DNA of 64,000 nt, taken from Candidatus Eiseniibacteriota bacterium. Its GTDB lineage: Bacteria; Eisenbacteria; RBG-16-71-46. Each line of letters opens with the position of its first letter. Within the stretch, counting starts at the first letter, position 1. The DNA lies in the NCBI GenBank assembly GCA_963717935.1, contig CAVQXP010000004.1, forward strand, positions 256,001 through 320,000. Direction: 5' to 3'. A program made the translations under genes and the position numbers. The notes below the pieces were generated by a model. It ran no database searches. It worked only from the letters and a program-made list of their open reading frames with translations, and was not told where the DNA came from. Positions 7,397 to 16,787 of this stretch are shown here, one piece after another.

Positions 7397-10270
7397 CTAT
7401 CCCCTGGCTCCGCCCGCCGCGGTCTTCGCCGGCTGCGTCCCGCCCTCCGCCGCGCGCTTGAGCGTCAGGAAGACGCGCTCGGGATCCAGCGGCAGCTCGA
7501 AGAACTCCACGCCGGTGGCGTTCGAGACCGCGTTGCCCACCGCGCCCGGCACCGAGATCATCGAGTGCTCGGCCACGCCGCGCGCGCCGTAGGGTCCCTG
7601 CGGATGCGGCGTCTCGACGAAGAACTGCTGCATCACCGCCGGGATGTCCTTCGCGGTCGGGATCTTGTAGTCCGTGAACGAATTGTTGAGCAGCCGGCCG
7701 TTCTGGAACACGAACTTCTCCATCACCGCCGAGCCCAGCCCCTGCACCACGCCGCCGATCACCTGCATGCGGCACTGCTGCAGGTTCAGCACCTTGCCCG
7801 CGTCGAAGGCCGAGACGAGCTTGAGCACCTGGATGTGACCGGTGTCGGTGTCCACCTCGAGCTCGACGGCGTGCGCACCGTAGGTCCAGTTGAGCGCCGG
7901 CAGTCCCTGGCCCGTCTGCGGGTCGAGGTTCGTGAGGCCGGTCGCGATGTAGCGGCCCTTGCCGATCACCGGCCCGCCGATGCTGCTGCCATCCGGGTAG
8001 GTGTAGCCCAGCACGAGCTGGCTGTAGTCGAGCGTGCGGGCGGGCTTGCCCTTCACCCAGACCTTGCCGTCGCCGCACTCGATCTGCTCGGGCGGGGCAT
8101 GGAGCGCCTGCCCGGCGACGCTGCGGATCTGGTCGAGGCACTCCTTCGCCGCCTGGATGACGGCGTTCCCGCCCATCACCGAGAAGCGGCTCGCCACCGT
8201 CTGCCAGTCGTAGGGCGTGTAGTCGGTGTCGCTGTCCCACGGCACGCGCACCTTCTCGAGCGGGAGCCGCAGCTCGTCCGCCGCGATCTGCGCGAGCGCG
8301 GTGTAGGTGCCCTGGCCGTAGTCCACGCCGCTCACCAGCAGGTTCGCCGAGCCGTCGCCGTTGAACAGGATGGTGACCGCGCACGAGGTGTAGGTCGGCA
8401 TGGCGGGCGCCTTGTGCAGCATCGCCACGCCCTTCGCCCGCACCTTGCCCGAGCCCGGCGCGACCGGTCTGGCGGCGCGCACCTTCGGATTCCAGCCGAT
8501 CGCCTCGGTGACGAGCCGCAGGCACTCCTCGGGCCGGCCGTGGCCCGGGGTGAACTCCTCGCCGGTGATGGTGGTCTCGCCCACGCGCAGCAGGTTCTTC
8601 CGGCGGAACTCGACCGGATCCAGGCCCAGCGCGAGCGCCACCATGTCCATGTTCCGCTCGATGCCCCACAGCACCTCGAGGTGGCCGAAGCCGCGGTAGG
8701 CGGTGCCGTGGATCTTGTTGGTGTAGACCACCAGCGAGTCGAGCTTGCAGTTCGGGATCACGTACGGCCCGGCGCCGGAGTAGGCCGCCGCGCGCCCGAC
8801 GTTGACGCCGTAGTCGGCGAAGGCGCCGGCATCCCACAGGTAGGTGACGTCGAGCGCGGTGATGCGCCCGTCCTTCGTGACCCCGGTCTTGATGGTGCTC
8901 TGCAGTCCCTGGCGCGAGGGCAGGGTGTTGAACTCCTCCTCGCGCGTGGCGCTGATCTTCACCGGACGCCCGCCCGCCGCCTTCGACAGGCAGTAGACCA
9001 GCGGCTCGAGGTGGATGCCCGCCTTGCCGCCGAAGCCGCCGCCGACGTAGGGCACCCTCACGCGCACCTTGCCCGGCGCCATGCCGAACGTGCGGCAGAA
9101 CAGCGTCCGCACGGTGAACGGCGACTGGGCCGAGGTGATGATCTCGACCTCGCCGTCGGCGCGCGCGGTGGCGATGGCCACGTGCGTCTCCATCGGCACG
9201 TGCTGCACCGGCGGGTTCTGGAAGTGGAACTCGAAGACGCGGTCCGCCCGGGCCATGCCCTGCTCGACGTCGCCCTTGCGGATCTTCTGGTGGTGGGCGA
9301 TGTTGCGGCCCGGCTCCGGGAAGAACACGCCCTTCATCCACGAGTAGTCCGCCAGGCCCGGATGCACCTGCGGCGCGCCGTCCTTCAGCGCCGCGTGCAC
9401 GTCGAGCACCGGTTCCAGCACCTCGTACTCGACCTCGATCGCCAGCGTGGCGAGCTTGGCCTGGATCCAGGTATCGGCCGCCACCGCCGCGACGGCCTCG
9501 CCCTGGTGGTGCACCACGCCGCGGGCGAGGATGTCCTTGTCCTCCATGTAGAGCCCGAGCTTGTAGGGCAGGTCGGCGCCGGTGAGCACCGCCTTCACCC
9601 CCGGCATCGCCTTCGCCTTCGACACGTCGATGCGCCGGATGCGCGCCGAGGCATGCGGCGAGGTCAGGATGCGGCCGTGCAGCATCCCGTCCAGCGTCAG
9701 GTCGTGCACGAACATCGCCGAGCCCGTCACCTTCGCCGCCGCGTCCACGCGGTTGACCTCGCCGCCCACGTAGGGCGCCGTGGGCGCGGGCTTGGCGCGG
9801 TAGCCGCCCTTCGCCACGGCCTCGACCGCGTCGATGATCGGCTCGTAGCCGGTGCAGCGGCAGTAGTTCCCCGAGAGCGCCTCGACGATCTCGTCGCGGG
9901 TCGGCTTCGGGTTCCGCTTCAGCAGCGCGCGGGCGGAGGCGAGCATGCCCGGGGTGCAGAAGCCGCACTGGATGGCGCCGTGGTCCACGAACGCCTGCTG
10001 CAGCACGGAGAGCGTGCCGGGCTCGCCGTTCTCGGCCTCCGCGGTCTCGATCACCGCGCCGTCGGCCTCGACCGCGAACACCAGGCAGGAATTCACCGGC
10101 TTGCCGTTCAGGATCACGGTGCACAGTCCGCACTCGCCGATGTAGCAGCCCGACTTCACGCTGTGCTGGTGCAGGTCCTCCGTCAGCAGCTGGTGCAGCG
10201 TCCGGTTCGCCGGGACCTCGAGGGTGGAGGTCTCGCCGTTCACCGTCAGGGTGATCGGGTAGAGACTCAT
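7397..10270 (-). CDS. Xanthine dehydrogenase-family molybdoenzyme, (2Fe-2S) subunit fused to the Mo-binding large subunit
   Basis: N-terminal GCYIGECGLC and QCGFCTPG...CRCTGY; GGGFGGK, AYRGFG, YGQGTYT, GARGVAE. Confidence 0.92.
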   Translation of the reverse strand: MSLYPITLTVNGETSTLEVPANRTLHQLLTEDLHQHSVKSGCYIGECGLCTVILNGKPVNSCLVFAVEADGAVIETAEAENGEPGTLSVLQQAFVDHGAIQCGFCTPGMLASARALLKRNPKPTRDEIVEALSGNYCRCTGYEPIIDAVEAVAKGGYRAKPAPTAPYVGGEVNRVDAAAKVTGSAMFVHDLTLDGMLHGRILTSPHASARIRRIDVSKAKAMPGVKAVLTGADLPYKLGLYMEDKDILARGVVHHQGEAVAAVAADTWIQAKLATLAIEVEYEVLEPVLDVHAALKDGAPQVHPGLADYSWMKGVFFPEPGRNIAHHQKIRKGDVEQGMARADRVFEFHFQNPPVQHVPMETHVAIATARADGEVEIITSAQSPFTVRTLFCRTFGMAPGKVRVRVPYVGGGFGGKAGIHLEPLVYCLSKAAGGRPVKISATREEEFNTLPSRQGLQSTIKTGVTKDGRITALDVTYLWDAGAFADYGVNVGRAAAYSGAGPYVIPNCKLDSLVVYTNKIHGTAYRGFGHLEVLWGIERNMDMVALALGLDPVEFRRKNLLRVGETTITGEEFTPGHGRPEECLRLVTEAIGWNPKVRAARPVAPGSGKVRAKGVAMLHKAPAMPTYTSCAVTILFNGDGSANLLVSGVDYGQGTYTALAQIAADELRLPLEKVRVPWDSDTDYTPYDWQTVASRFSVMGGNAVIQAAKECLDQIRSVAGQALHAPPEQIECGDGKVWVKGKPARTLDYSQLVLGYTYPDGSSIGGPVIGKGRYIATGLTNLDPQTGQGLPALNWTYGAHAVELEVDTDTGHIQVLKLVSAFDAGKVLNLQQCRMQVIGGVVQGLGSAVMEKFVFQNGRLLNNSFTDYKIPTAKDIPAVMQQFFVETPHPQGPYGARGVAEHSMISVPGAVGNAVSNATGVEFFELPLDPERVFLTLKRAAEGGTQPAKTAAGGARG

Positions 10271-11121
10271 GACGCCCTCCCCGCGCCGAGCAGCCGGCGC
10301 GCGAGCCGGCGGCACAGCAGCGCGGTCATCTCGCGCCGATACTCGGCCGAGGCCCGCACGTCGTCGATCGGCTGGATGTGCTCCACGGCCAGCGCCGCGA
10401 GGCGCTCGCCGACGTCCTTCGGGTCCGACTTGGGCCCGACGCCCGTGAGCGCCGGCACCAGCGCCGGCCGCACGGCGCACGAACCGATCGCCACGCGCAG
10501 CGTGCCCGCCGCCGGGTCGAAGGCCGCCGCCGAGTTCACGATCGCCAGGTCGTGCCCGCAGGTGCGCTTGATCTTGTCGAAGGCGCTCGCGAGCCCCTTC
10601 GCCGGCTTCGGCACGATCACCGCCGTCACCAGCTCCCCGGGAGCGAGCGCGGTCTTCTTCACGCCCAGGAAGAAGTCCGAGAGCGGCGCCTCCCGCGTCC
10701 CCTGAGAACCCACGACGCGCAGCCGCCCGTCCAGCACGAGCAGCGGCGGGGCGGTGTCCATGCAGGGCGAGGCGTTCGAGAGGTTCCCCGCGACCGTGGC
10801 CCGCCAGCGGATCTGCAGCGAGCCGATCGCCTCCGCCCCCTCCGCGAGCGCCGTGAAGACCTCGCGGATGCGGGCGTCCTCGGCGACGTCCTGCACCCGC
10901 ACGCAGGCGCCGATCTCCAGGTCGCCCGCGGGCGTCCAGCGGACGGTCCCCAGCTCGGGGATGCGCTTGATGTCCACCAGCACGGTGGGTTGCGGACCGC
11001 CGCGCAGCGCGATCATCAGGTCGGTCCCGCCGGCCAGGATCCTCGCGCCTCCGCCGGCCCCGGCCAGCAGCGCGGTGGCCTCGGCCACCGTGCCCGGTCT
11101 CTCGTAGCGGAAGCCACTCAT
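10267..11121 (-). CDS. XDH/CoxM-family FAD-binding subunit
   Basis: ILAGGTDL, QIRWRATVAGNLSNASP, DDVRASAEYRR; ATGA overlap with the next gene. Confidence 0.92.
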   Translation of the reverse strand: MSGFRYERPGTVAEATALLAGAGGGARILAGGTDLMIALRGGPQPTVLVDIKRIPELGTVRWTPAGDLEIGACVRVQDVAEDARIREVFTALAEGAEAIGSLQIRWRATVAGNLSNASPCMDTAPPLLVLDGRLRVVGSQGTREAPLSDFFLGVKKTALAPGELVTAVIVPKPAKGLASAFDKIKRTCGHDLAIVNSAAAFDPAAGTLRVAIGSCAVRPALVPALTGVGPKSDPKDVGERLAALAVEHIQPIDDVRASAEYRREMTALLCRRLARRLLGAGRAS

Positions 11122-11203
11122 GGTCTCTTCTCCCCTGCGGCCTGCGACCCGGAGCGCCGGCGCTCCCGCGGTCGCGAGCGCCGCGGGGCACCGTGGCCTC
11201 CGG

Positions 11204-11542
11204 CTAGACGGCGGTGAAAACCAGCCCGGTGATGTCCTTGCCGTTGATCTCGCGCACCTTGCCGATGTGCGCCCGCACGCGCGCACCGGTCTTCGGCTCG
11301 GCGATCTCCAGCCGGCCGGTCGCACGCACGCCCATGTCCAGCTCGACGATGCCCAGCGTGACGTAGAGTTGAGCGTAGTCCAGCGGCAGCGCGTAGACGC
11401 GCGTCCAGGTCAGCAGCTTGCCCTCGCCCTCGACCGGCACCGGCTCGAACTGCGTGCCACCGCACGAGGGGCAGTAGAAGTGCGTCGGATACGAGAGCTT
11501 GCCGCACTTCTTGCACTTCGCGGCTTCGACGTCCATCGCCAT
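11204..11542 (-). CDS. DUF35 Zn-ribbon/OB-fold protein (ChsH2/BbsA-like thiolase partner)
   Basis: CKKC...CPSC, then GKLLTWT and GIVELD; directly downstream of the thiolase. Confidence 0.88.
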   Translation of the reverse strand: MAMDVEAAKCKKCGKLSYPTHFYCPSCGGTQFEPVPVEGEGKLLTWTRVYALPLDYAQLYVTLGIVELDMGVRATGRLEIAEPKTGARVRAHIGKVREINGKDITGLVFTAV

Positions 11543-11543
11543 G

Positions 11544-12731
11544 TCACACCCCCCGCTTCAGGACGGTGGCGACGACGTTGTTGCCGAAACCGCCGAAGTT
11601 CACGGCGAAACCGTGCTTCGGCTGGTTCGGCACCTGGTAGTCACCCGCCTCGCCGCGCAGCTGCAGCGTGAGCTCCACGATCTGCGACACGCCGGTGTTG
11701 CCCACGGGATGCCCGCGGGACTTGAGCCCCCCCGACGGATTGATGGGCAGCTTCCCGCCGATCTGCGTCTCGCCCCGCTCGAGCGCCTTGTGGCCCTCGC
11801 CCTTCTTGAAGAAGCCGGCCTCCTCGCTCTCGACGATCTCGAGGATGGTGAAGGCGTCGTGCAGCTCGGCGACGTGGATGTCCTTCGGGGCCAGCTTCGC
11901 CATGGCGAACGCCCGCTCCGCCGCGAGCCGCACCGCGGTCAGCTCGGTCGGGTCGGGCCGGTCCTGCACCGCCTGCGAGTCGGTCGCCTGGCCCATGCCG
12001 GCGATCAGCACCGGCGTCTTCTTGAACTCCTTCGCCATCGCGGCCGGGGCCAGCAGCACCGCCGAGGAGCCGTCGCTCACCGGGCAGCAGTCGAAGAACC
12101 GCAGCGGCTCGGCGATCCACGGGTTGTTGTTGAGCGCGTCCGGCCCGGTCAGGATGCCCTCCATCGTGACCGGGATGCGCAGGTGGGCCTTCTTGTTCTT
12201 CGCGCCGTTGAGGTGGTTCTTGATCGCCACCATCGCCAGGTGCCGGGACTCGACCCCGTAGCGCTCCATGTACAGGCGCGTGAACATCCCCGCCAGCGCG
12301 GGCAGCGTCACGCCGTAGACGTACTCGGCGTAGCGGTGCGAGAGGAACGAGACGAACTCGGTCGCCTCGAAGTTGTTGACCTCCTGCATGCGCTCGCCGC
12401 CGCACACCAGCACGAGGTCGCAGTACCCCGAGGCGACGGAGTGGACGCCGTGCTTGATGGCCGAGGCGCCCGAGGCCGGGCCGTTCTCGATGGTCTCGGA
12501 GACCGTGTGCGGGTACAGGTTCATCCGGTCCACCAGCCCGCTGGACAGGCCGGCCATGCGGTTGTTGCGCGGCGCGCCCATGTTGGCGACGTAGACCGCG
12601 TCGATCTTCCGTTCGCCGACGCCGGCGTCCACGAGGGCGTCGTTCGACGCCTCGCACATCATCTTGAGCAGGCTCCATTGCGCCCGCCCGAACTGGGTCG
12701 AGCCCACGCCGACGATGGCCACGTCCCTCAT
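11544..12731 (-). CDS. Thiolase-fold protein (SCP-x/archaeal type) lacking the canonical nucleophilic Cys
   Basis: VAIVGVGST, DCCPVSDG, ELHDAF, NPSGGLKSRGHPVG; ENGPASG where E-x-A-C-A-S-G is expected. Confidence 0.88.
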   Translation of the reverse strand: MRDVAIVGVGSTQFGRAQWSLLKMMCEASNDALVDAGVGERKIDAVYVANMGAPRNNRMAGLSSGLVDRMNLYPHTVSETIENGPASGASAIKHGVHSVASGYCDLVLVCGGERMQEVNNFEATEFVSFLSHRYAEYVYGVTLPALAGMFTRLYMERYGVESRHLAMVAIKNHLNGAKNKKAHLRIPVTMEGILTGPDALNNNPWIAEPLRFFDCCPVSDGSSAVLLAPAAMAKEFKKTPVLIAGMGQATDSQAVQDRPDPTELTAVRLAAERAFAMAKLAPKDIHVAELHDAFTILEIVESEEAGFFKKGEGHKALERGETQIGGKLPINPSGGLKSRGHPVGNTGVSQIVELTLQLRGEAGDYQVPNQPKHGFAVNFGGFGNNVVATVLKRGV

Positions 12732-13477
12732 ATGCGGGCCTCCAGCGTGTGCTCGATCTGCGTCAGCATCACGCGCAGGTCCGGCTCGCGCAGCGGGTAG
12801 GACTTCGCCAGCAGCTCGGCGGAGACCGGGCGCGTGCCCGTGACCAGCCGCGACTTGGCCTTGAAGTAGGTGTCGCGCGTCAGCACCCAGGCGGGCGCGC
12901 CGCCCAGCTCGTGCTGCACCTCGAACTTCTTGTCGAGCGGGTACTCGATCATCCAGCGCCGGTGGCCGATCGGGCTCTCGGCCACGATCCAGACCTCGTC
13001 CTGGCCCAGGTACTCGATGTGGTGCTCCATCTTCGAGGCGAAGAGGTGCGAGCCCACGCGCAGGCCGCGCTTGAGGGTCAGCGTGTGGAACGAGACGCCG
13101 TGCTTCTCGTCCCAGAGCCGGCCGTTCACGATGCCGGCCAGCACGCCGTCGATCACGCCGACCAGGCAGTACTCGTCGCGCACGCGGTGCGTCTTCCAGC
13201 CCAGCAACTCGGCGAACAGGCGGGCCGAGACGATGTCGTAGTAGTCGCGATTCAGCCAGGAGAGCGGCTGGATGACCTTGAGCATCGTGTCCACCTCGTC
13301 CACCGAGGCCTGGCGCACGACCATGGTCTCGCCACTCGCCAGCAGGACGGCCTTGGGGGGATAAGGGGCCATGGGCAGCGCGGGTGGGCGCAGCATGGCC
13401 TCGAGTTCGTCGATCATGCGCTCCTCCTCGGAGGTGAGGTATTCGCCAGCATCCCAGTCGTAGACAGGGGGGCTCAT
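12728..13477 (-). CDS. Hypothetical protein, probable GNAT-fold N-acyltransferase
   Basis: Clean codon usage, ATGA-coupled to the thiolase; 'LASGETMVVRQA...LVGVIDGVLAG...RGLRVGSHLF' resembles GNAT topology; alternative start at 13417. Confidence 0.6.
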   Translation of the reverse strand: MSPPVYDWDAGEYLTSEEERMIDELEAMLRPPALPMAPYPPKAVLLASGETMVVRQASVDEVDTMLKVIQPLSWLNRDYYDIVSARLFAELLGWKTHRVRDEYCLVGVIDGVLAGIVNGRLWDEKHGVSFHTLTLKRGLRVGSHLFASKMEHHIEYLGQDEVWIVAESPIGHRRWMIEYPLDKKFEVQHELGGAPAWVLTRDTYFKAKSRLVTGTRPVSAELLAKSYPLREPDLRVMLTQIEHTLEARI

Positions 13478-13636
13478 CGAAGGCTCCAGGCTGAAACGGG
13501 TCGCCCGCCCAGAGGGGACCGGGAGGGCGGAAGAGAACCGGATAACACTTCCACGTCGCGGCCGCAACGACAAGGGGACTTTCGGACCGTCCCGGGGCCC
13601 CCATCGGGCGGCTGTGGCCGGCGCGACTCCGCAGGA

Positions 13637-14533
13637 TCAGCGCAGGAACAACACCACGACCCCCGCCACCGCCACCAGCGCGCCGGCCAGGGTCCGCAGG
13701 GTCAGGCGCTCCCCGTGGAAGCGGGACGAGAGCAGCAGGGTGAGCACCGGGTAGATGGCGGTGATGGAGGCGGCCACGCCGGCCTCGATGTACTTGAGCG
13801 CGGTGAGCGACAGGGTCACGCCGAGGAACGGCCCGAAGAAGGCGCCGCCCACCATGAAGGCAGAGCCCGCTCGGTCGCGCAGCGCGTCGAACGAGCGGCG
13901 CACGTCGCGCTGCGCCGCCGCCAGCAGCCAGATGCCGACCGCGGCCGCCACGATGCGGACCACGGTCGCCGAGAGCGGGTCGAGCCCCGTGCGCAGGGCC
14001 AGCTTCGAGAGGACGTAGCCGCCCGCCTGCCCCACCGCGGCCAGCACGCCCGCCACCACCCCCACCAGGATCGAGCCCTCGATGTGAGCCTGCGCCGGGT
14101 GCTCCTGCTCCCAGATGACCCAGGCGATGCCACCCAGCGTGAGCGCCATGCCGAGCAGGATGAGCGGCCCGGGATGCTCGCCCAGCAGCGGCCAGGCGAG
14201 GAGTGCGGTGAAGATGGGCGCGGTCGAGGTGACGAGCGCCGCCCGGCCGGGGCCGAGGATGACGAGCGAGCGGAAGTAGTAGGTGTCGCCGAATACGAAG
14301 CCCACCAGCCCGCTCACCGCGAGCAACCCGACCGCCCACGGGGTCGCCCACACGGGCCAGGGGGAGCCGCGCAGGAAGAACAGCGCGGTGCACAGGAGCC
14401 CGGCGGCCACGGTGATGCGCAGCCGGTTGAGCACGACCGAGCCCATGCGCTGGCCGGCGGCCGCGAAGAAATTGGAGCCGGCCGCCCAGCACGTGGCGGT
14501 GCCGAGGGCGGCGAACTCGCCGGCGAATCTCAC
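13637..14533 (-). CDS. DMT/EamA-family transporter
   Basis: About 10 hydrophobic segments in two EamA-like halves. Confidence 0.88.
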   Translation of the reverse strand: MRFAGEFAALGTATCWAAGSNFFAAAGQRMGSVVLNRLRITVAAGLLCTALFFLRGSPWPVWATPWAVGLLAVSGLVGFVFGDTYYFRSLVILGPGRAALVTSTAPIFTALLAWPLLGEHPGPLILLGMALTLGGIAWVIWEQEHPAQAHIEGSILVGVVAGVLAAVGQAGGYVLSKLALRTGLDPLSATVVRIVAAAVGIWLLAAAQRDVRRSFDALRDRAGSAFMVGGAFFGPFLGVTLSLTALKYIEAGVAASITAIYPVLTLLLSSRFHGERLTLRTLAGALVAVAGVVVLFLR

Positions 14534-14594
14534 GGGACGCCCCGGGGCGCGTGGGGGGCGCGGCGGCCGAAACCGCTCGCGGAGTGGCTCGGAC

Positions 14595-14978
14595 TCAAGA
14601 GCGCGGCAGGCCCGCGGACGCGGACTTCACCTCGAGGATGTGGTTCTTCTCGTCCACCAGCACGACGCGCGGCTTGAAGCCGGTCACCTCCGCCTCATCG
14701 AGGGAGGCGTAGGCCGCCACGATCAGACGGTCGCCGGCATTCGCGAGCCGCGCGGCGGCGCCCATCACGCAGATGGTGCCCGAGCCGCGCGGAGCCTTCA
14801 CGACGTAGGTCGAAAAGCGCTGGCCGGTGTTGACGTTGTAGATGTCCACGCGCTCGTACTCGTGCAGGTCGGCCGCCTCGAGCAACGTCTCGTCCACCGC
14901 GCAGGAGCCCTCGTAGTGCAGCTCGGTCTGCGTGACCGTGACGCGATGGAGCTTGGACTTGAGGAGCGTGCGCAACAT
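14595..14978 (-). CDS. panD: Aspartate 1-decarboxylase
   Basis: [17 protein letters not shown] self-cleavage site, [17 protein letters not shown]. Confidence 0.95.
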   Translation of the reverse strand: MLRTLLKSKLHRVTVTQTELHYEGSCAVDETLLEAADLHEYERVDIYNVNTGQRFSTYVVKAPRGSGTICVMGAAARLANAGDRLIVAAYASLDEAEVTGFKPRVVLVDEKNHILEVKSASAGLPRS

Positions 14979-15153
14979 GGGAATCCGCCTCCGTTGGGGA
15001 GGACAAAGGTACCCGAGACCGGGCTTCGGACGCCAACCGGCCACGCCGTGGCGCGATTCAGGCGTGCGGGGGACCGCGTCCGCCCTGGAGAAGCGGGGGG
15101 CCCACGGAGCGCGAGACCCCGTGGACCCCCCGAACCCTCTGCGGCGGGCCCGG

Positions 15154-16412
15154 CTAAGCCCGCTCCTCCCACACCCGTCGCGATGTTGACGATCACCTCG
15201 ACCGCCTTCCCCATGTCCTGGACCGAGATCCACTCGAGCCGCGAGTGGAAGTTGTGCTCGCCGGCGAAGACGTTCGGCGTCGGCAGGCCCATGAACGAGA
15301 GCCGCGAGCCGTCGGTGCCGCCCCGGATGGCCTGCTCGCGCAACTCGAGGCCCGAGCGGCGCACCGCCTCGCGCGCGTTCTCGACCACCTGCGGGTACTT
15401 GTCGAGCACTTCCTTCATGTTGCGGTAGGACTCCTCGACCTTGCAGACGACGGAGGCGCCCGGCCAGGCCGCGACGGTCTCCTTCGCCAGCTTCTCGAGG
15501 AAGTCCTCCTTGGTCTTCAGCTCCGCGGTGACGAAGTCGCGGATCAGGAACTTGACCGAGGTCTTCTCGACCGCGGCATCGATCACGTACGGATGGACGA
15601 AACCTTCGCGCTTCTCGGTCGTCTCGGGCGAGAGCCGGTCCTTGGGCAGCCGCGAGACGAAATCAGCCGCGATCTTGATGGAGTTGATCAGGCGTCCCCT
15701 GGGCGAAGCCGGGGTGCGTGTTGAAGCCCTCGAACGTGATGGTCATCGAGTCCGCCGAGAAGGTCTCCATCTCGACCTCGCCCAGCTCCTCGCCGTCCAT
15801 GGTGTAGGCGCAGAAGGCGCCGAAGCGCTTCACGTCGAAGTGCCTGGTCCCGCCGCCCACCTCCTCGTCGGGGGTGAAGCCGAGGCGGATCGCGCCGTGC
15901 GCGATCTCCGGGTGCTGCATCAGGTACTCCGCCGCCGCCACGATCTCGGCCACGCCCGCCTTGTTGTCCGCGCCCAGGAGCGTCTTGCCCGAGGCCGTGA
16001 TGATGTCGTTGCCCTTCTGCCGCAGGAGCATCGGGTTGTCCTTGAGCCGCAGCACCGCCGTCGGGTCGTCGGGCAGCACGATGTCCCCGCCCTGCCAGTT
16101 GCGGTGGATGATCGCCTTCACGTTCGCGCCGTCCGCCTCGGGCGACGTGTCCACGTGCGCGATGAAGCCGACGACCGGGACGTTCGCCTTCTTCGTCGTG
16201 GCCGGCACCGTCGCGAAGACGTAGCCGTGCTCGTCGCGCGTGGCGTCCTTGAGTCCGATCTCCCGCAGTTCCTCGACCAGCCTGTCCAGCAGCACGAGTT
16301 GCTTCGCCGTGCTCGGATATGTCTCCGAGTTCTCGTCGGACTGCGTGTCGTAAGTGATGTAGCGCAGGAAGCGCTCGAGCTCGGTGGTCTTGAGCGGGGG
16401 GTTCGAGGGCAT
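15154..16412 (-). CDS. pepT: Peptidase T (M20B tripeptidase), with two apparent 1-nt insertions (~15700, ~15175)
   Basis: [48 protein letters not shown]; corrected frame gives ...[12 protein letters not shown]... and ends ...IATVWEERA*. Confidence 0.9.
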
Positions 16413-16476
16413 GGCAGGACTCCTGGGTTGGGCAGGTCGTTCGTGAAAGCAGATGGGCTCAGGCTAGTCGAGCCCC

Positions 16477-16755
16477 ACCGGCAGAGGCAAATGCCGCACG
16501 CGCGCGCCGAGCACGCGGGACCCGGGGATGGCGGTGGGCGAGCGCATGGTGCCTCTGCTCGCCAACCGGCAGAGGCAAGCGCCGCGCGCGCGCCGCGCAA
16601 GCGGGACCCGGGGGTGGTGGTTGGCGAGCGCATGGTGCCTCTGCTCGCCAACCGGCAGAGGCAAACGCCGCGCGCGCCGCGCAAGCGGGACCCGGGGGTG
16701 GTGGTTGGCGAGCGCATGGTGCCTCTGCTCGCCAACCACCACCCCCGGGTCCCGC
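16477..16755. repeat. Three tandem 84-88-bp palindromic units capped by a perfect 29-bp-stem hairpin
   Basis: Units start accggcagagg at 16477, 16565, 16651; arms 16685-16713 and 16727-16755 are exact reverse complements. Confidence 0.93.
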
Positions 16756-16787
16756 ACCACCCGTCCGCACCGGTCCGCGCCGGACGG

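Noticed and set aside
7565..10705. 1046-aa plus-strand ORF and the many other long antisense or alternate-frame ORFs
   Set aside because: Shadows of real genes in high-GC DNA; Arg/Ala/Gly-rich with no family motifs
7397..11121. Aerobic CO dehydrogenase
   Set aside because: Lacks the form I AYRCSFR loop and cox accessory genes
15094..15132. Hairpin between pepT and panD as a riboswitch
   Set aside because: A single GC-rich stem-loop, probably a terminator or stabiliser; no aptamer motifs
16477..16755. CRISPR array, or the coding ORFs spanning the repeat
   Set aside because: No unique spacers and no cas genes; the ORFs are translations of the repeat
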